Source: Vampirovibrionales bacterium | Lineage (GTDB): Bacteria; Cyanobacteriota; Vampirovibrionia; Vampirovibrionales; JAJTHC01 | Direction: 5' to 3' | NCBI GenBank assembly: GCA_044346175.1 | Contig: JBIIZQ010000001.1 | Location: 17,224 to 81,223 of the forward strand | DNA: 64,000 nt | Shown here: piece by piece, positions 47,240 to 57,433 of the stretch | How positions within the stretch are numbered: the stretch's first letter is position 1 | How the letters are laid out: each line of letters starts with the position of its first letter | Notes under the pieces: generated by a model | What the model was told of the DNA's origin: nothing | Seen by the model: the letters and a program-made list of their open reading frames with translations, nothing else | Database searches by the model: none | Made by a program: the position numbers and the translations under genes

Positions 47240-47723
47240 TGGCTTTAATGGGGTCTTTTTTCAATACGGTGTTAATGAGGATCACATTGACATGGCAATG
47301 TGATGACTTAAAAGCTTTTATTATCTTTTTCAAGAGGACAGGAATTCCATTAAGCATAGCACAAACCCTTCAGCACTCAATCAAGTTCAGCTAAGTTAGG
47401 ATGTTTATTTAAGGTTGTCAAAAAGGCAAACACATAGGGCTTCTTTTTTTACTTCGTCATTTTTACCTTAGTTCCTGCCAACACAGACCAAATATCCAGA
47501 AGTGCCAGTATCTACTGACACCCTGTCACCCTGTGCGAATTTGTAGGGTCGTCCTCAAATAAACACTCTTAAAGAAGTATGGGGTATGACGCTACATCAA
47601 CCCCATTGTGTATGTTTAAAGATTTACGCTATGGGGTTGCATCTAGCACGATACTTTTGTTACCCTATAAACTGTGGATAGGTTTACTGATGTAGGATTA
47701 GGCTACCACAGAGTCGTTTTTAT

Positions 47724-47797
47724 GCGTTCGTAGCTCAGTTGGATAGAGTAGCGGTCTCCGAAGCCGTTGGTCGGGCGTTCGAATCGCCCCGAGCGCA
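47724..47797 (+). tRNA. tRNA-Arg (anticodon CCG), no encoded CCA
   Basis: Acceptor GCGTTCG/CGAGCGC, D-arm GCTCAGTTGGATAGAGT, anticodon stem GCGGT/GCCGT with loop CTCCGAA, and T-arm GGGCGTTCGAATCGCCC. Confidence 0.85.
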
Positions 47798-47878
47798 TAA
47801 AGACTGCTTTTCTGCATCCTATAGCTCCCTGTACGCTATGTTCTTTACTCTAACCAAAAAAAGGCGAATCGTGTAACC

Positions 47879-48631
47879 ATGATGATGGCTGAAGCTCCTC
47901 ATTCCGTATGGAAACAACCTACTGTGGTGGCATGCAGTGTATTAGCATTAGGACTCATCTTCGCCGCTTGGGGATTAGGAGACCGCTTTAAACTCTTTAA
48001 GCCTACGCACATCCAAGTGGTAGGTAGTGCAAGTAGTACTGTAAAGAGCGACCATGCCGTGTGGAGTATTGAACTGAACACACGCCAAAGTAACGAAGCC
48101 CAATCCTACCAAAAACTAAAACACGACCGCCAAACCCTCCAAGCTTATCTTGTTAAAGTCGGCTTTAACCCCAAAACTGAAATACAGTGGGGCAGTGTTA
48201 ACAAAACCATTTACTATGTGCAAACAAGTAATGGTGGTACCACATCAGAGGTAGAGTCTGTTGGTTTTTCACAAACAGTGAATGTGGAAACCCATGCCAT
48301 TCAAACCGTACAACGTACGGCTCACAGCATCAACGACCTCATTGAAAAAGGGGTACAGCTCAACGCCATGTCACCCAGATACCTTTATACAGGGCTGGAT
48401 ACCATTAAGATTGATATGGTAGGCCGTGCTACCAAAAACGCCAAAGAGCGTGCTGAAGCCATTGCCAAACAAACAGGTACCCACGTAGGGGGTGTCGTAG
48501 AAGCGAGTACAGGGGTATTTCAGATTACCTCGCCCTACTCAACAGAGGTATCTGACTACGGCATTTACGATGAGTCTACAGTGGACAAAAAAGTAACAGC
48601 GGTTGTGAATGCCTCATTTACGCTTAACTAA
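47879..48631 (+). CDS. SIMPL-domain (DUF541) secreted/periplasmic protein
   Basis: N-terminal signal/anchor and a SIMPL-like beta-sandwich sequence (…VTAVVNASFTLN C-terminus). Confidence 0.55.
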   Translation: MMMAEAPHSVWKQPTVVACSVLALGLIFAAWGLGDRFKLFKPTHIQVVGSASSTVKSDHAVWSIELNTRQSNEAQSYQKLKHDRQTLQAYLVKVGFNPKTEIQWGSVNKTIYYVQTSNGGTTSEVESVGFSQTVNVETHAIQTVQRTAHSINDLIEKGVQLNAMSPRYLYTGLDTIKIDMVGRATKNAKERAEAIAKQTGTHVGGVVEASTGVFQITSPYSTEVSDYGIYDESTVDKKVTAVVNASFTLN

Positions 48632-48664
48632 TCCCTGTGAATGATGCTTGTCGCTATGAGCTCT

Positions 48665-49084
48665 TTAAGACATGTAATTCATGGCGGATTTGATATTGTT
48701 TTGTACCATCTTTTTAACACTTTCTAATTCCGCCTGAACCATCTGCATGGCTGTTTGGATGCGCTGCGATTGCATTTCCAGCCCTTTATCAATCATAAAG
48801 AGGTTAGCAACCCGCTCCTGTAAGAGTTGTGCAAAGGGTAGTTCGGGGTCAAGCGAGTCAGACAGATTGAACATCTGGCTGCTGGTTTGTGAGAGTTGTT
48901 GTTTCGCTTGGGCAATCATCTGGAGCTGAAACTGAAGGTCGAGGTTTCGGGCCGTCAGCATATATTGCCGTGCAGCACTAGCGGCTAATCCCATGGTATG
49001 GACGCTCTCTTCTAGGGTAGGGGTAGTGTTAGGAGATATTCGAGAGAAAAAGGCTTGCTTTGATACATTATTAAAAACAGGCAC
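48665..49084 (-). CDS. hypothetical coiled-coil protein (139 aa)
   Basis: Last ORF of a four-gene minus-strand run. Q/M-rich helical sequence. Confidence 0.4.
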   Translation of the reverse strand: MPVFNNVSKQAFFSRISPNTTPTLEESVHTMGLAASAARQYMLTARNLDLQFQLQMIAQAKQQLSQTSSQMFNLSDSLDPELPFAQLLQERVANLFMIDKGLEMQSQRIQTAMQMVQAELESVKKMVQNNIKSAMNYMS

Positions 49085-49146
49085 CTGCGAGAGATTGCCT
49101 GTTTAAATATACTGAAACATCAATAAAAGAGAAAACCTCTCATGCT

Positions 49147-49707
49147 TTAAAAAAGAGAAAGTTGCTCATGACCATAACGGCAATCTTCAATCATACACCC
49201 CAACTCTTTAGCCATCAGGAGAGCTTGCCGACGTTCCTCTTCAGTAAAAATCTGCCAAGTCCCCCGACAAGTAGCCTCCACCCATAATTCTACATGGTCT
49301 TGATACAAACGCATCGTTGAAGCCCACGGACGGGCATCGGACTGGTGAGCCGTAAGGTCATGCTTACGCTGATGGAGTCGGTGTAAGGCACGTTCAACCC
49401 CCAAAGCTGCATCAAGTTGATACTGCTCCAAGGCCACTAGATTGGCAAGCAAAAGGTTCTCTAAATGTTGTTGTGTCTCAAGAAACTGCCCAGCTTGATA
49501 GGCTTGAAGCATATCGTGTAGAATACTCGCCAACCATTGCATACACATTGCATCAGACTCTGGTGGCTTCGGCAAACTTTTCCATGCCGCATGTTGCCAT
49601 TGCCTCAAAGCGGTATAAAAGGCTTGAGGGTCATCTTGAGGTGCGAGATGATGAGGATACCACGCTTGAGACACAATAGACATAACCACTATTGAATGGG
49701 ATAACAA
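49147..49707 (-). CDS. hypothetical protein (186 aa)
   Basis: Third ORF of the four-gene run. No recognisable domain. Confidence 0.4.
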   Translation of the reverse strand: MLSHSIVVMSIVSQAWYPHHLAPQDDPQAFYTALRQWQHAAWKSLPKPPESDAMCMQWLASILHDMLQAYQAGQFLETQQHLENLLLANLVALEQYQLDAALGVERALHRLHQRKHDLTAHQSDARPWASTMRLYQDHVELWVEATCRGTWQIFTEEERRQALLMAKELGCMIEDCRYGHEQLSLF

Positions 49708-49784
49708 CCACTGACCAAAGCCGAAGCCTTTCAGAGATAAACTTTTTTCAGTATGAGGGATAACACCTTATACTTGCAAGCCCT

Positions 49785-50417
49785 TTAAGCAGGTTCTAGG
49801 GTTTTAGAAGCAGAGACTAAATCCAAACGAGCCAGAAGCGGTTGTTGTTTACCATCAGGTAACGGCAATGTAAAATGAGCCACATGCACTTCCCGCTGTA
49901 AAAGAGCTTCTTTATCAGAAGTAATACTCGGCAAGCTTTTAGCATGGTAAACCTTATGCTTCACAAACTTTAAGGGTTCCTTATACAAAAACATTTGCCC
50001 AATAGGAATCTCCCCTTTGGTTCGTGCCTCATGCACAGGATTATAAGCAACATACTTATAAGGGGCTTGATGAGAGGCTACACTCATGGGGTTAAGAACC
50101 TTGTCTACAAAGTATTTCAAAGCTTTTTCGCTCTGAACCTCTTGCAGCATCACAAGATTGGCATCCCCTTTAAGAATAATATCCGCCAAAGCCTTCAGGG
50201 CTTCAGGCGACTTTTTCTTGTAAACATCCGCTTCTGGCTCATGAAGCAACCAAGCATTGTAGCTCATAACCCGTAATTTTTCGGGAGAAACAGGAGAATG
50301 TTTGACTTCTGTTAATGGTGCATTTTCGTGCAAAGAGGTTTCTTGAGAGGCAAAGCACTGTGAAGACCTCACCATAGAACGAGACAGCACGACAGGAGAC
50401 GATGAAATAAAAGGCAT
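49785..50417 (-). CDS. EEP (endonuclease/exonuclease/phosphatase)-family N-terminal half-domain protein
   Basis: LRVMSYNAWLL ... ANLVMLQEV matches EEP motifs I and II. The C-terminal SDHxP catalytic His region is absent from the 210-aa ORF. Confidence 0.4.
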   Translation of the reverse strand: MPFISSSPVVLSRSMVRSSQCFASQETSLHENAPLTEVKHSPVSPEKLRVMSYNAWLLHEPEADVYKKKSPEALKALADIILKGDANLVMLQEVQSEKALKYFVDKVLNPMSVASHQAPYKYVAYNPVHEARTKGEIPIGQMFLYKEPLKFVKHKVYHAKSLPSITSDKEALLQREVHVAHFTLPLPDGKQQPLLARLDLVSASKTLEPA

Positions 50418-50525
50418 GATGAAAAGTATGATTTAAAATAATCAATCAAAGAGGAGCAAAACATAAAACGCTTTTAAAAATAGACTTCTATACTTACAAA
50501 ATATTAAGAGAAACTTTTACGCTTC

Positions 50526-52565
50526 TTACTGCACAGGATTTTGAGCATCTTTCGCCAAGCGTGCTTTCGTCCATAGTGCGGCAATATAAGGTTCCAAAAT
50601 ACCAAGCAATAGTACATTGGTCATCATGGCAGAGAAACCGACCCAAATATTAGCCTTAAGTGTTTTCTGTTGGAGAGACCCAGCAGGCATTAAATGCTTA
50701 ATTTCATCCACAGCTCTTAAACGTCCTTGGTGCATAAGTTGCGAACCAAAGGTTTTGTCTGCCAAGGGGCCAAAGACGTATTTTTGTAAGAGTGGTGTAC
50801 CCAAAATCCAGAAGCCCCAACCACCATAGCCATCCACAGCACGCTCTCTAAACTCATTGGGTGTACGAGAGTTTAAAAGCCTAGACATAATCAATAAAGC
50901 AAACCCCCCCGCCATCTGCTGTTGAGTTGTGTGCGGAAAGTTTTTACAGAAATCATAGGTACTTTTAAGATACTCTTTGGTGTATTTACCCACGTGCTGA
51001 CGTGCCTCTTGAGGTAACATCTTGCGCAACATCTCAGGCAAATAAACCTTTAATTCTTGGGTATTAAATACACCTGAAGCAGGAACTAAGGGTAACAAAA
51101 GCAAGGGTGCCAGCTTGGCAGCCTGCTTCCATTGTCCTTGCTGTAAAAGACGGGTATACCAACTGTCTGAATACTTACGCTCTAACTCAGCGGAAGGCAA
51201 GGCCTCAGGAGCAGAAGTTGCAGTAGAAACAGCCGTAGAAGTGGCAGCAGGAGCAGACGACGAAGAAGCTACAGCCTCACCAAAACGCTGTGCTTGAACC
51301 CCAAAAAGAGGGGTACTGCCACGAGAAGCATCTGCCATGAACTGCCCAGAAACCCCATTCGTAGTACCTCCTAAATAATGTGCCAGTTTCTCAGGAGGCG
51401 TAGGAGGTGCCACCACTTGTTCTGGGGGGGGGGCCAAACGAGCAGGTACAGCTGTATTAGCGGGTAATGTCTCTGGTTCAGCAACTTGGTGTGCCTCTGT
51501 ATCAGGACGGCGGTCACCCGTAATGAAACTAACAGGCTTTTGAACTTTAAGTGCATTTTCAGCAGGATAACCCTTCACATGAAACGCATGGTTCATAAAA
51601 CTATTGATGAGTGCTGGCGATAAAAAAGAAGCAGTCATACCTGCTGCAATACCCCAAAGCTGCCTATCCTTCACCCGTGTGGTTTGCTCAGCATACTTGA
51701 GTGCCATGTCCCCAAAGTAAGTAATGTTAGGATGTTGTTGCCTTAATGCAGGCATTGCCTGTCGCAACCCTTGCACAAAACCATGAAGTTCTTCGAGATA
51801 AGTAGGTAATGCCATACGAGCCGTTCTACCATCTGGCTGAGGAATATTGAGGTGCCAATCACTCTTCTGCAACTGACGCATGAGTGCAGCGGCCTGTGTT
51901 TTAAAATGTCCTTCAGCTTGGGGGTCTTTACCCAATGCCTGATAAAGCATCGTCTTCAGTGCATCACGAGAGGTTTGTATACGCTCCGTATGACCAGAGG
52001 TCAAGATTTCTGGAGGCACAAGGTTCTGAAATAAATCATCCGCCATACGATGAGAGAGTTGTAATACAGCCTCCTCGGGCTTAGCCTCCATTTTCCGAGT
52101 ACGTTCTACGAGTTGCTTCATGTGGTGGTGTGCATGCGTCAAGACGGCACGAGAAGGATACTGATTCGCAAAGTGGGGGAAAGCGTGCATTTTACCGATG
52201 CGTGTGGCCACAATCCCAGACATGACGTTATCTGTAAGGATAGAAAAACCTTCCCTAAGAATACGGTCTAACCCCGCAACAGGACTAAACTGATTACTCC
52301 CTCCCATAAAGCCTCTTGAACTATCCACCAAAGTTCTTAAAAGCCCCATCCCAAAAAAATCTTCAACAATCATCGCACGGGTACGATTACCAGCAATGAC
52401 GTTCATGAAGCCCGCAACACGCTTGGTTGCAGGGTCAAGCCGAAGTGGCACAGGGGGGATGCGTGTTTCAACAGCGGAGGCTACTGTCATTGCTTTAGGC
52501 ATAAGCCCCAATGACGGTGAATGGACAGAAGAAGCCGAGGGAGATAAGCCGACAGAAGCAAACAT
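50526..52565 (-). CDS. hypothetical large protein (679 aa), Pro/Ala-rich linker and C-terminal transmembrane segment
   Basis: First ORF of the run. PARLAPPPEQVVAPPTPPEK linker and C-terminal hydrophobic ANIWVGFSAMMTNVLLLGIL. No identifiable domain. Confidence 0.5.
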   Translation of the reverse strand: MFASVGLSPSASSVHSPSLGLMPKAMTVASAVETRIPPVPLRLDPATKRVAGFMNVIAGNRTRAMIVEDFFGMGLLRTLVDSSRGFMGGSNQFSPVAGLDRILREGFSILTDNVMSGIVATRIGKMHAFPHFANQYPSRAVLTHAHHHMKQLVERTRKMEAKPEEAVLQLSHRMADDLFQNLVPPEILTSGHTERIQTSRDALKTMLYQALGKDPQAEGHFKTQAAALMRQLQKSDWHLNIPQPDGRTARMALPTYLEELHGFVQGLRQAMPALRQQHPNITYFGDMALKYAEQTTRVKDRQLWGIAAGMTASFLSPALINSFMNHAFHVKGYPAENALKVQKPVSFITGDRRPDTEAHQVAEPETLPANTAVPARLAPPPEQVVAPPTPPEKLAHYLGGTTNGVSGQFMADASRGSTPLFGVQAQRFGEAVASSSSAPAATSTAVSTATSAPEALPSAELERKYSDSWYTRLLQQGQWKQAAKLAPLLLLPLVPASGVFNTQELKVYLPEMLRKMLPQEARQHVGKYTKEYLKSTYDFCKNFPHTTQQQMAGGFALLIMSRLLNSRTPNEFRERAVDGYGGWGFWILGTPLLQKYVFGPLADKTFGSQLMHQGRLRAVDEIKHLMPAGSLQQKTLKANIWVGFSAMMTNVLLLGILEPYIAALWTKARLAKDAQNPVQ

Positions 52566-53166
52566 AAAATAAAGTACTCAAAGTGCATGTATCAGAGCAA
52601 ACAGCAAGCAAACATCACAAAGCCATGTCACAATATCGTCATAAGATATTTAAAAACGCTAGAAGTAACCTCACCTAAGTAAAAAGCCCCGTAAAAAAAG
52701 GTTTGTGCGAAGAAAATACCCACCCTACAGAGACAACAAGTCACCCAATGCCTTGTTCTTCACGTCAATACGAACCCCATCATACAAACTTCTATACAAT
52801 AACAACCCTCTATAACAACCCTTTATATTATGGTAACAAAGGCATACTTGGTTTTGTGAAATAGGGTCGTTTTATAGAGACTTCTTAACAAAAAGTTACA
52901 TAATAAGCAGCATGTATCATTTAAATTATTATTATTTGTTTTTAATTTAATAAATATATATTATTCATTCTCAATTCATAGCACTTATACATGATACATC
53001 TCATACATCTACGAAAGGTACCTAGACCATGATTAGCATCGTAAAATAACCTCAAGGATTAAAGCTCTACAAGCAACTTCAGGAGGGGGCTAAAAAACTT
53101 GCAAATGCTGGACATCTCACTTCTCTACAAGAAAAGAGTTTTTTAGCAACAACGGAAAGACTCGCC

Positions 53167-53625
53167 TTGGGGTTTGACATTGGAAACCATCAAATGACAC
53201 AAACACTGAATGGTCTAAAGCCTATTGCCAAGCTAGGAAACGTCCCTCGTACAAGCAGTTTACGCAACCCACTACAGAAATATCCTCGCATGATTATAGG
53301 ACAGGACCTTCAAGAACCTGCCATAGAAAGAACACGTGACGGGGTACTACGCTCAACGCACAGTAATACCCGATGGCTAGCTCAAAATGGAGATTACTTA
53401 GGCACACGTACGAATGTTAACCCTCACTTATCTCCGAAAACTGACCAACGCACATTGATATGGAAAGACCAACTTGATGGGAAACAACATGTACTCAGTG
53501 CAGAACAACCCAGCATGTATCAAGGAAATGACCCACGAAAAAATCTTTTAGCATTACTGACAGAAGACATCCACAAACCCCTGAAACAATTTGTAGGCGA
53601 AAACTACAACATGAATCTGGTTTAA
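53167..53625 (+). CDS. hypothetical protein (TTG start; may be a remnant)
   Basis: The open frame extends upstream without an ATG. The first ATG is at 53194. Confidence 0.2.
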   Translation: MGFDIGNHQMTQTLNGLKPIAKLGNVPRTSSLRNPLQKYPRMIIGQDLQEPAIERTRDGVLRSTHSNTRWLAQNGDYLGTRTNVNPHLSPKTDQRTLIWKDQLDGKQHVLSAEQPSMYQGNDPRKNLLALLTEDIHKPLKQFVGENYNMNLV

Positions 53626-54998
53626 GGATTCGATGGTACCTGTGTGTGTAAAACCTTATTTTTAAAGTTTTGATAGTCTTTATCGGCTAACAATTTATTC
53701 ACCCATACAGGACCAAATCCAAGCCCAACCGAAGTAAGCCCCAAGGCAAGAATATGTGCTGGGACGGAAGAAGCGACGGCATAACGAGCTAAAAACTCGG
53801 AAGCTGGAGGAACCTTTGACTCAAGATGATGTGCCACACGGTAAGCATCCATGGCTTGAAGGGTATGCCAGACCTTCTGTAACGAGGTTTGGTCAATATG
53901 GTTTTTCACCCCCTCCTGCAAAGCTAACTTTGCCTTATCATGGAGCGGCGCTTCAAGAGGGATGTCCACTGTTTGAATCAGCTGGTGCATGTCTTCTAAA
54001 AGCTTAGGGGGGAGCTTAAGCTTTTGGAGTACTTCTTGCAAGGGTAGATGAGGATGCGCCATACTTGTATGCGTCAAACGCTGTGTGGCTTCCATCATAA
54101 GCGTTGCCTTATGGCATTGATTTAACACCTTCGCTTTACCAAATTCAAGCACCTGATGCCCCGATGTTTTGACTTCTTGAGCCACGGCTCGAGGTATCAT
54201 TTGCCAATGCTTGATATGTTGTTTCTGATGAAAAAAGAGCTGCGAGAGGTCTTCTGCTTTTGTCAGGCGATACGCTTCCTTAAGCTGTTGTAAAGACAAC
54301 GCCTCACCATGTAATGGCGACTTTAACTGTACTTGCCGCAAGCGTTGCAGTGCATTTGTAAAGACATGGTCTCGTAGAGGGTCAAGTGCAAAAAGAAAGA
54401 AAAATAGCGAGGTAATATCACGACGCAATGCATCCATGACCTCACGGGTGTCGTGCGTACGCCACCATTCTTGCCAAGGGGTATGCTTTTTCTCAGGCGT
54501 TTTAGGTGTTTCAAGAGGCAAAGCACGCTTCGCCGCAAATAAAGCCCGAAAAGCAACACACCCTGAGTAGAATTGAATGATTTGAGGTCCCCAAGCAGGA
54601 CGGAGAATTTTAGTATTCCCTAATCGATAAAACACTTTATAGTCAGTATCAGTCAGTTTTTCCGTCAGGTCTTTGGCAAACCAAGTGAAGGGTTTACTGA
54701 AAGCTCCTAACTTGAGGGTATCATCAATGTGCGTTTGCCAACGTCCTGCAATCTGCATGGCACCTGCACGTGTTTTTAACATCTGCTTAGAGAGACGTGT
54801 CAATACAGTTTCAAGCGGCGTGTCAGGCTTAATTTTAAAAGCCTCTAGTGCCACAGGCATGTCCACAGCCGCCATGGGTGCAGGCGTTGGAGCGATTGGC
54901 ATCTCAGAGCCGAAACGAGCGTTAGGCGTACGACGGAATCGAAATCCAGCGGGATAAGACAGACTCAAAGAGGACGACATGTTAGGATTCATCAACAA
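53622..54998 (-). CDS. hypothetical protein (458 aa)
   Basis: Long ORF overlapping the upstream gene stop by 7 nt, consistent with an operon with 54992..56785. Confidence 0.5.
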   Translation of the reverse strand: MLMNPNMSSSLSLSYPAGFRFRRTPNARFGSEMPIAPTPAPMAAVDMPVALEAFKIKPDTPLETVLTRLSKQMLKTRAGAMQIAGRWQTHIDDTLKLGAFSKPFTWFAKDLTEKLTDTDYKVFYRLGNTKILRPAWGPQIIQFYSGCVAFRALFAAKRALPLETPKTPEKKHTPWQEWWRTHDTREVMDALRRDITSLFFFLFALDPLRDHVFTNALQRLRQVQLKSPLHGEALSLQQLKEAYRLTKAEDLSQLFFHQKQHIKHWQMIPRAVAQEVKTSGHQVLEFGKAKVLNQCHKATLMMEATQRLTHTSMAHPHLPLQEVLQKLKLPPKLLEDMHQLIQTVDIPLEAPLHDKAKLALQEGVKNHIDQTSLQKVWHTLQAMDAYRVAHHLESKVPPASEFLARYAVASSVPAHILALGLTSVGLGFGPVWVNKLLADKDYQNFKNKVLHTQVPSNP

Positions 54999-56785
54999 GA
55001 GCCTCGTTCTGTCGTTAAAACGGTGGTATCAGAAAATAAGCTTGCACTGGCAATATTAGGCATAAAACGAGGCATAAGCGAGGATGAAGCAGGGACTTGC
55101 ACAGATGTACTCGACGACGCTTCCCTCTTTACCTCTTTTGATTTATCCTGTCTTGGTTTATCTTGGCTTGATTTATCTGGCGGGGTCACTGCAGAGGGTT
55201 TTGCCACGGCTTGCCTGAAAGAACCCCGAGAGGTGTCGGAAGCTTCTAGTGCAGGAAGTGCCTCAGATACATTACCTGTGCCTTCCATACCAGCTTTGAG
55301 ATGGTCAATACGCATTAAGCGGTTTGCAGGATAAACATGGGAAGTTTTCAAAACCCAAGAAGCAAGCCAAAACAGCCAACCTACACCTAAAGCCGTATTT
55401 GCCAAAGAAAAGCCAAGCTTATGACCCAGCATTTTTTGATAAAGGGTCTCGCTTGTCTGAATCAGGGAAGCATTGGATACTTCTGATAAGGGTTTTACAA
55501 AGCCCGTTAAACTAGGATGTGAGGCACTTGTTTTTGCCACAGTGTCTAACGCCAAGCGCTGGACATACGCAGGGAAAAGCTTCAGTTCTCTAAGGACTGT
55601 TTCAACAGGCAGTTCTTTAATGAGCGGTACAGAAGCACTTAAGCCCTCACCCACTGGCTTAAGTGAAGGTTTATGCCACAAGGTGGGCAAGAGGTCTTTT
55701 TGCCACAAATGGGTAGTGGTACGGGATGCTTCATTGACTTTTTTGGTCGCTTCAGCAATATGCGTTGCTAAGGTATCAAGTGTAGCTTCCTGTGCAGCAG
55801 TCCAAGCCTTAAAGTGAGGATGCCCTTGTAAATCAAGGGGACGTTTTAAATGATGCTTTAAATGCCCCTCATGCAGCGTCAACAAGCGGGTTTCCCACTG
55901 TGTTAACAATCGAGCCAATGTGGTTGTTTTTTGAGGTTCATGAGATAAACGAACGGGGTGAGCTAAGAGTGCTTTGTGAGCATCGGGGCGAAGGTGCTGC
56001 TGAAGAAAATGTGCAAAATCTTCTCGGTTATTTTGAATACGTTCAGACAAAGGCACAGAAGCTTTCTGCCAAGGTTGTTCAGGACGCTGTGCTAAAAAGT
56101 GATGATACGTATGCTTGTAAGCTTTTAAGGTCTCATAGGGCATGAAAGTAGCATCCCCAGCTGGTAGCTTACGCCTTAGCAAAAAATAAGACGCTGTGGG
56201 AACAAATAGTACCCCTGGGCCTGTGGCAAACTCACGTTGCGACTCTTCAGAAAAATTAGGCCAATTGAGAGCCTTGAGTTGTCGCCATTTCGACAGTAAA
56301 ACACGTTGGGAAAGAGGGCGTGATTGTAGGTCGGTGTCTTTTTGTGGGTCGTAGGGCTTAGCACCTCTTGCCAAAGAAACCCCGATACGAGGTATCCATA
56401 AGCTACCCACATCAAGGGTAATAATGGATGCCATAAAACTACTGGCCACCCATCCTAAAAAAGGACTCGTCAATTTGGGGAAACTTGCCTTAGTAATGGT
56501 ATCCCCGATACCTTGGCATAGTTGTTGAGCCTTAGAGGGTGTCCACAAACTCGCCGCTGTGTGCACTACATCCGAAGACGCATCACCAAAGCGATTTGCA
56601 ACATGATGAGGCTGCCAAGATTGGTTTTTCTCAGCCCGAGGCTCCTCTGTGGTCTCATGTTTCATGAGGACAGGAGGCGGTGAGGGATGCCTAAAAGGCA
56701 GGAAGGCAGAATAAGGGCGTGAATACATACTAATGCAACAAAAAATAGAGGAGGTTATGTTCAACAAGAAACTGAACGACACCAT
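54992..56785 (-). CDS. hypothetical protein (597 aa) with transmembrane segments and Ser/Lys-rich C-terminus
   Basis: ATG at 56785. Hydrophobic segments FLGWVASSFMASIITL and ALGVGWLFWLASWVL. Confidence 0.5.
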   Translation of the reverse strand: MVSFSFLLNITSSIFCCISMYSRPYSAFLPFRHPSPPPVLMKHETTEEPRAEKNQSWQPHHVANRFGDASSDVVHTAASLWTPSKAQQLCQGIGDTITKASFPKLTSPFLGWVASSFMASIITLDVGSLWIPRIGVSLARGAKPYDPQKDTDLQSRPLSQRVLLSKWRQLKALNWPNFSEESQREFATGPGVLFVPTASYFLLRRKLPAGDATFMPYETLKAYKHTYHHFLAQRPEQPWQKASVPLSERIQNNREDFAHFLQQHLRPDAHKALLAHPVRLSHEPQKTTTLARLLTQWETRLLTLHEGHLKHHLKRPLDLQGHPHFKAWTAAQEATLDTLATHIAEATKKVNEASRTTTHLWQKDLLPTLWHKPSLKPVGEGLSASVPLIKELPVETVLRELKLFPAYVQRLALDTVAKTSASHPSLTGFVKPLSEVSNASLIQTSETLYQKMLGHKLGFSLANTALGVGWLFWLASWVLKTSHVYPANRLMRIDHLKAGMEGTGNVSEALPALEASDTSRGSFRQAVAKPSAVTPPDKSSQDKPRQDKSKEVKREASSSTSVQVPASSSLMPRFMPNIASASLFSDTTVLTTERGSC

Positions 56786-56822
56786 GAGAGCCTAATCATG
56801 AGAGCCTAACTGGGAGAGCCTA
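56784..56822. repeat. three direct 11-mers (atgagagccta x2, gggagagccta) at 14-bp spacing overlapping the start codon of 54992..56785
   Basis: Read directly from sequence. Possible iteron or regulator-binding array. Confidence 0.7.
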
Positions 56823-57433
56823 TGAGGTTTAAGGACTAGGCAAGGTGGGAGTACCAACGTATCAAGCTTAAACCTGCTTAGATAAAAAAGCGTCAGATTC
56901 AAGTGGAGACAAAAGCCGTAGGAAAGAAGAGACTGAGAAAGCATGAAAACAGTCAAAAAAGCATTTGAGGCATTTGTTTAAGAAGACACTTTAACCATAT
57001 TGTATCAGCTTAAAGCATTCTGCATGAAGTAGAAACGTCAATTTGTAACGAAATATTTCAAAATATACTCAAGTTATGCAACGAAATAGGTCATCCAAAC
57101 GACTTGTTGCCTTCATCAAAGCAATAGAGGCTTTTAGGGTGTGTTCATTAGAGTATCGTTTCTAAATTCAAGAAAATACTGCCTCCTTCCGAAATAACGG
57201 TTAAGCAAAACCAAAGCAAGCCTTGTTTTGGAAGCCCTCTTTTTTTAAACAAACACGACTCTTTGGATAAAAAACGTATTGAAGACACACTGAAAGAGAA
57301 AGCGACAATCACCCGATGAATAGTTTAGGCACCCAGTTTAACAGCGATTTTGTAGGACGCTTTCACACACGAGCCTCTAAAACAAGCGTACCCTCTGAAA
57401 CCCCTAACCCCCTCTGAAACAGGGAAAGTTCGT

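Noticed and set aside
47240-47330. An 8-bp hairpin (tcacattg/caatgtga) in the tyrS 5' leader, considered as a possible T-box or attenuator.
   Set aside because: There is no T-box specifier or antiterminator consensus and no terminator U-run. It is a single short hairpin only and is left as unannotated leader structure.
53167-53625. Whether the open frame upstream of the TTG (PQGLKLYKQLQEGAKK...) means a longer gene.
   Set aside because: There is no ATG, GTG or TTG start until 53167 or 53194, and a TAA lies immediately upstream. The ORF was kept as a low-confidence hypothetical protein or possible remnant rather than extended.
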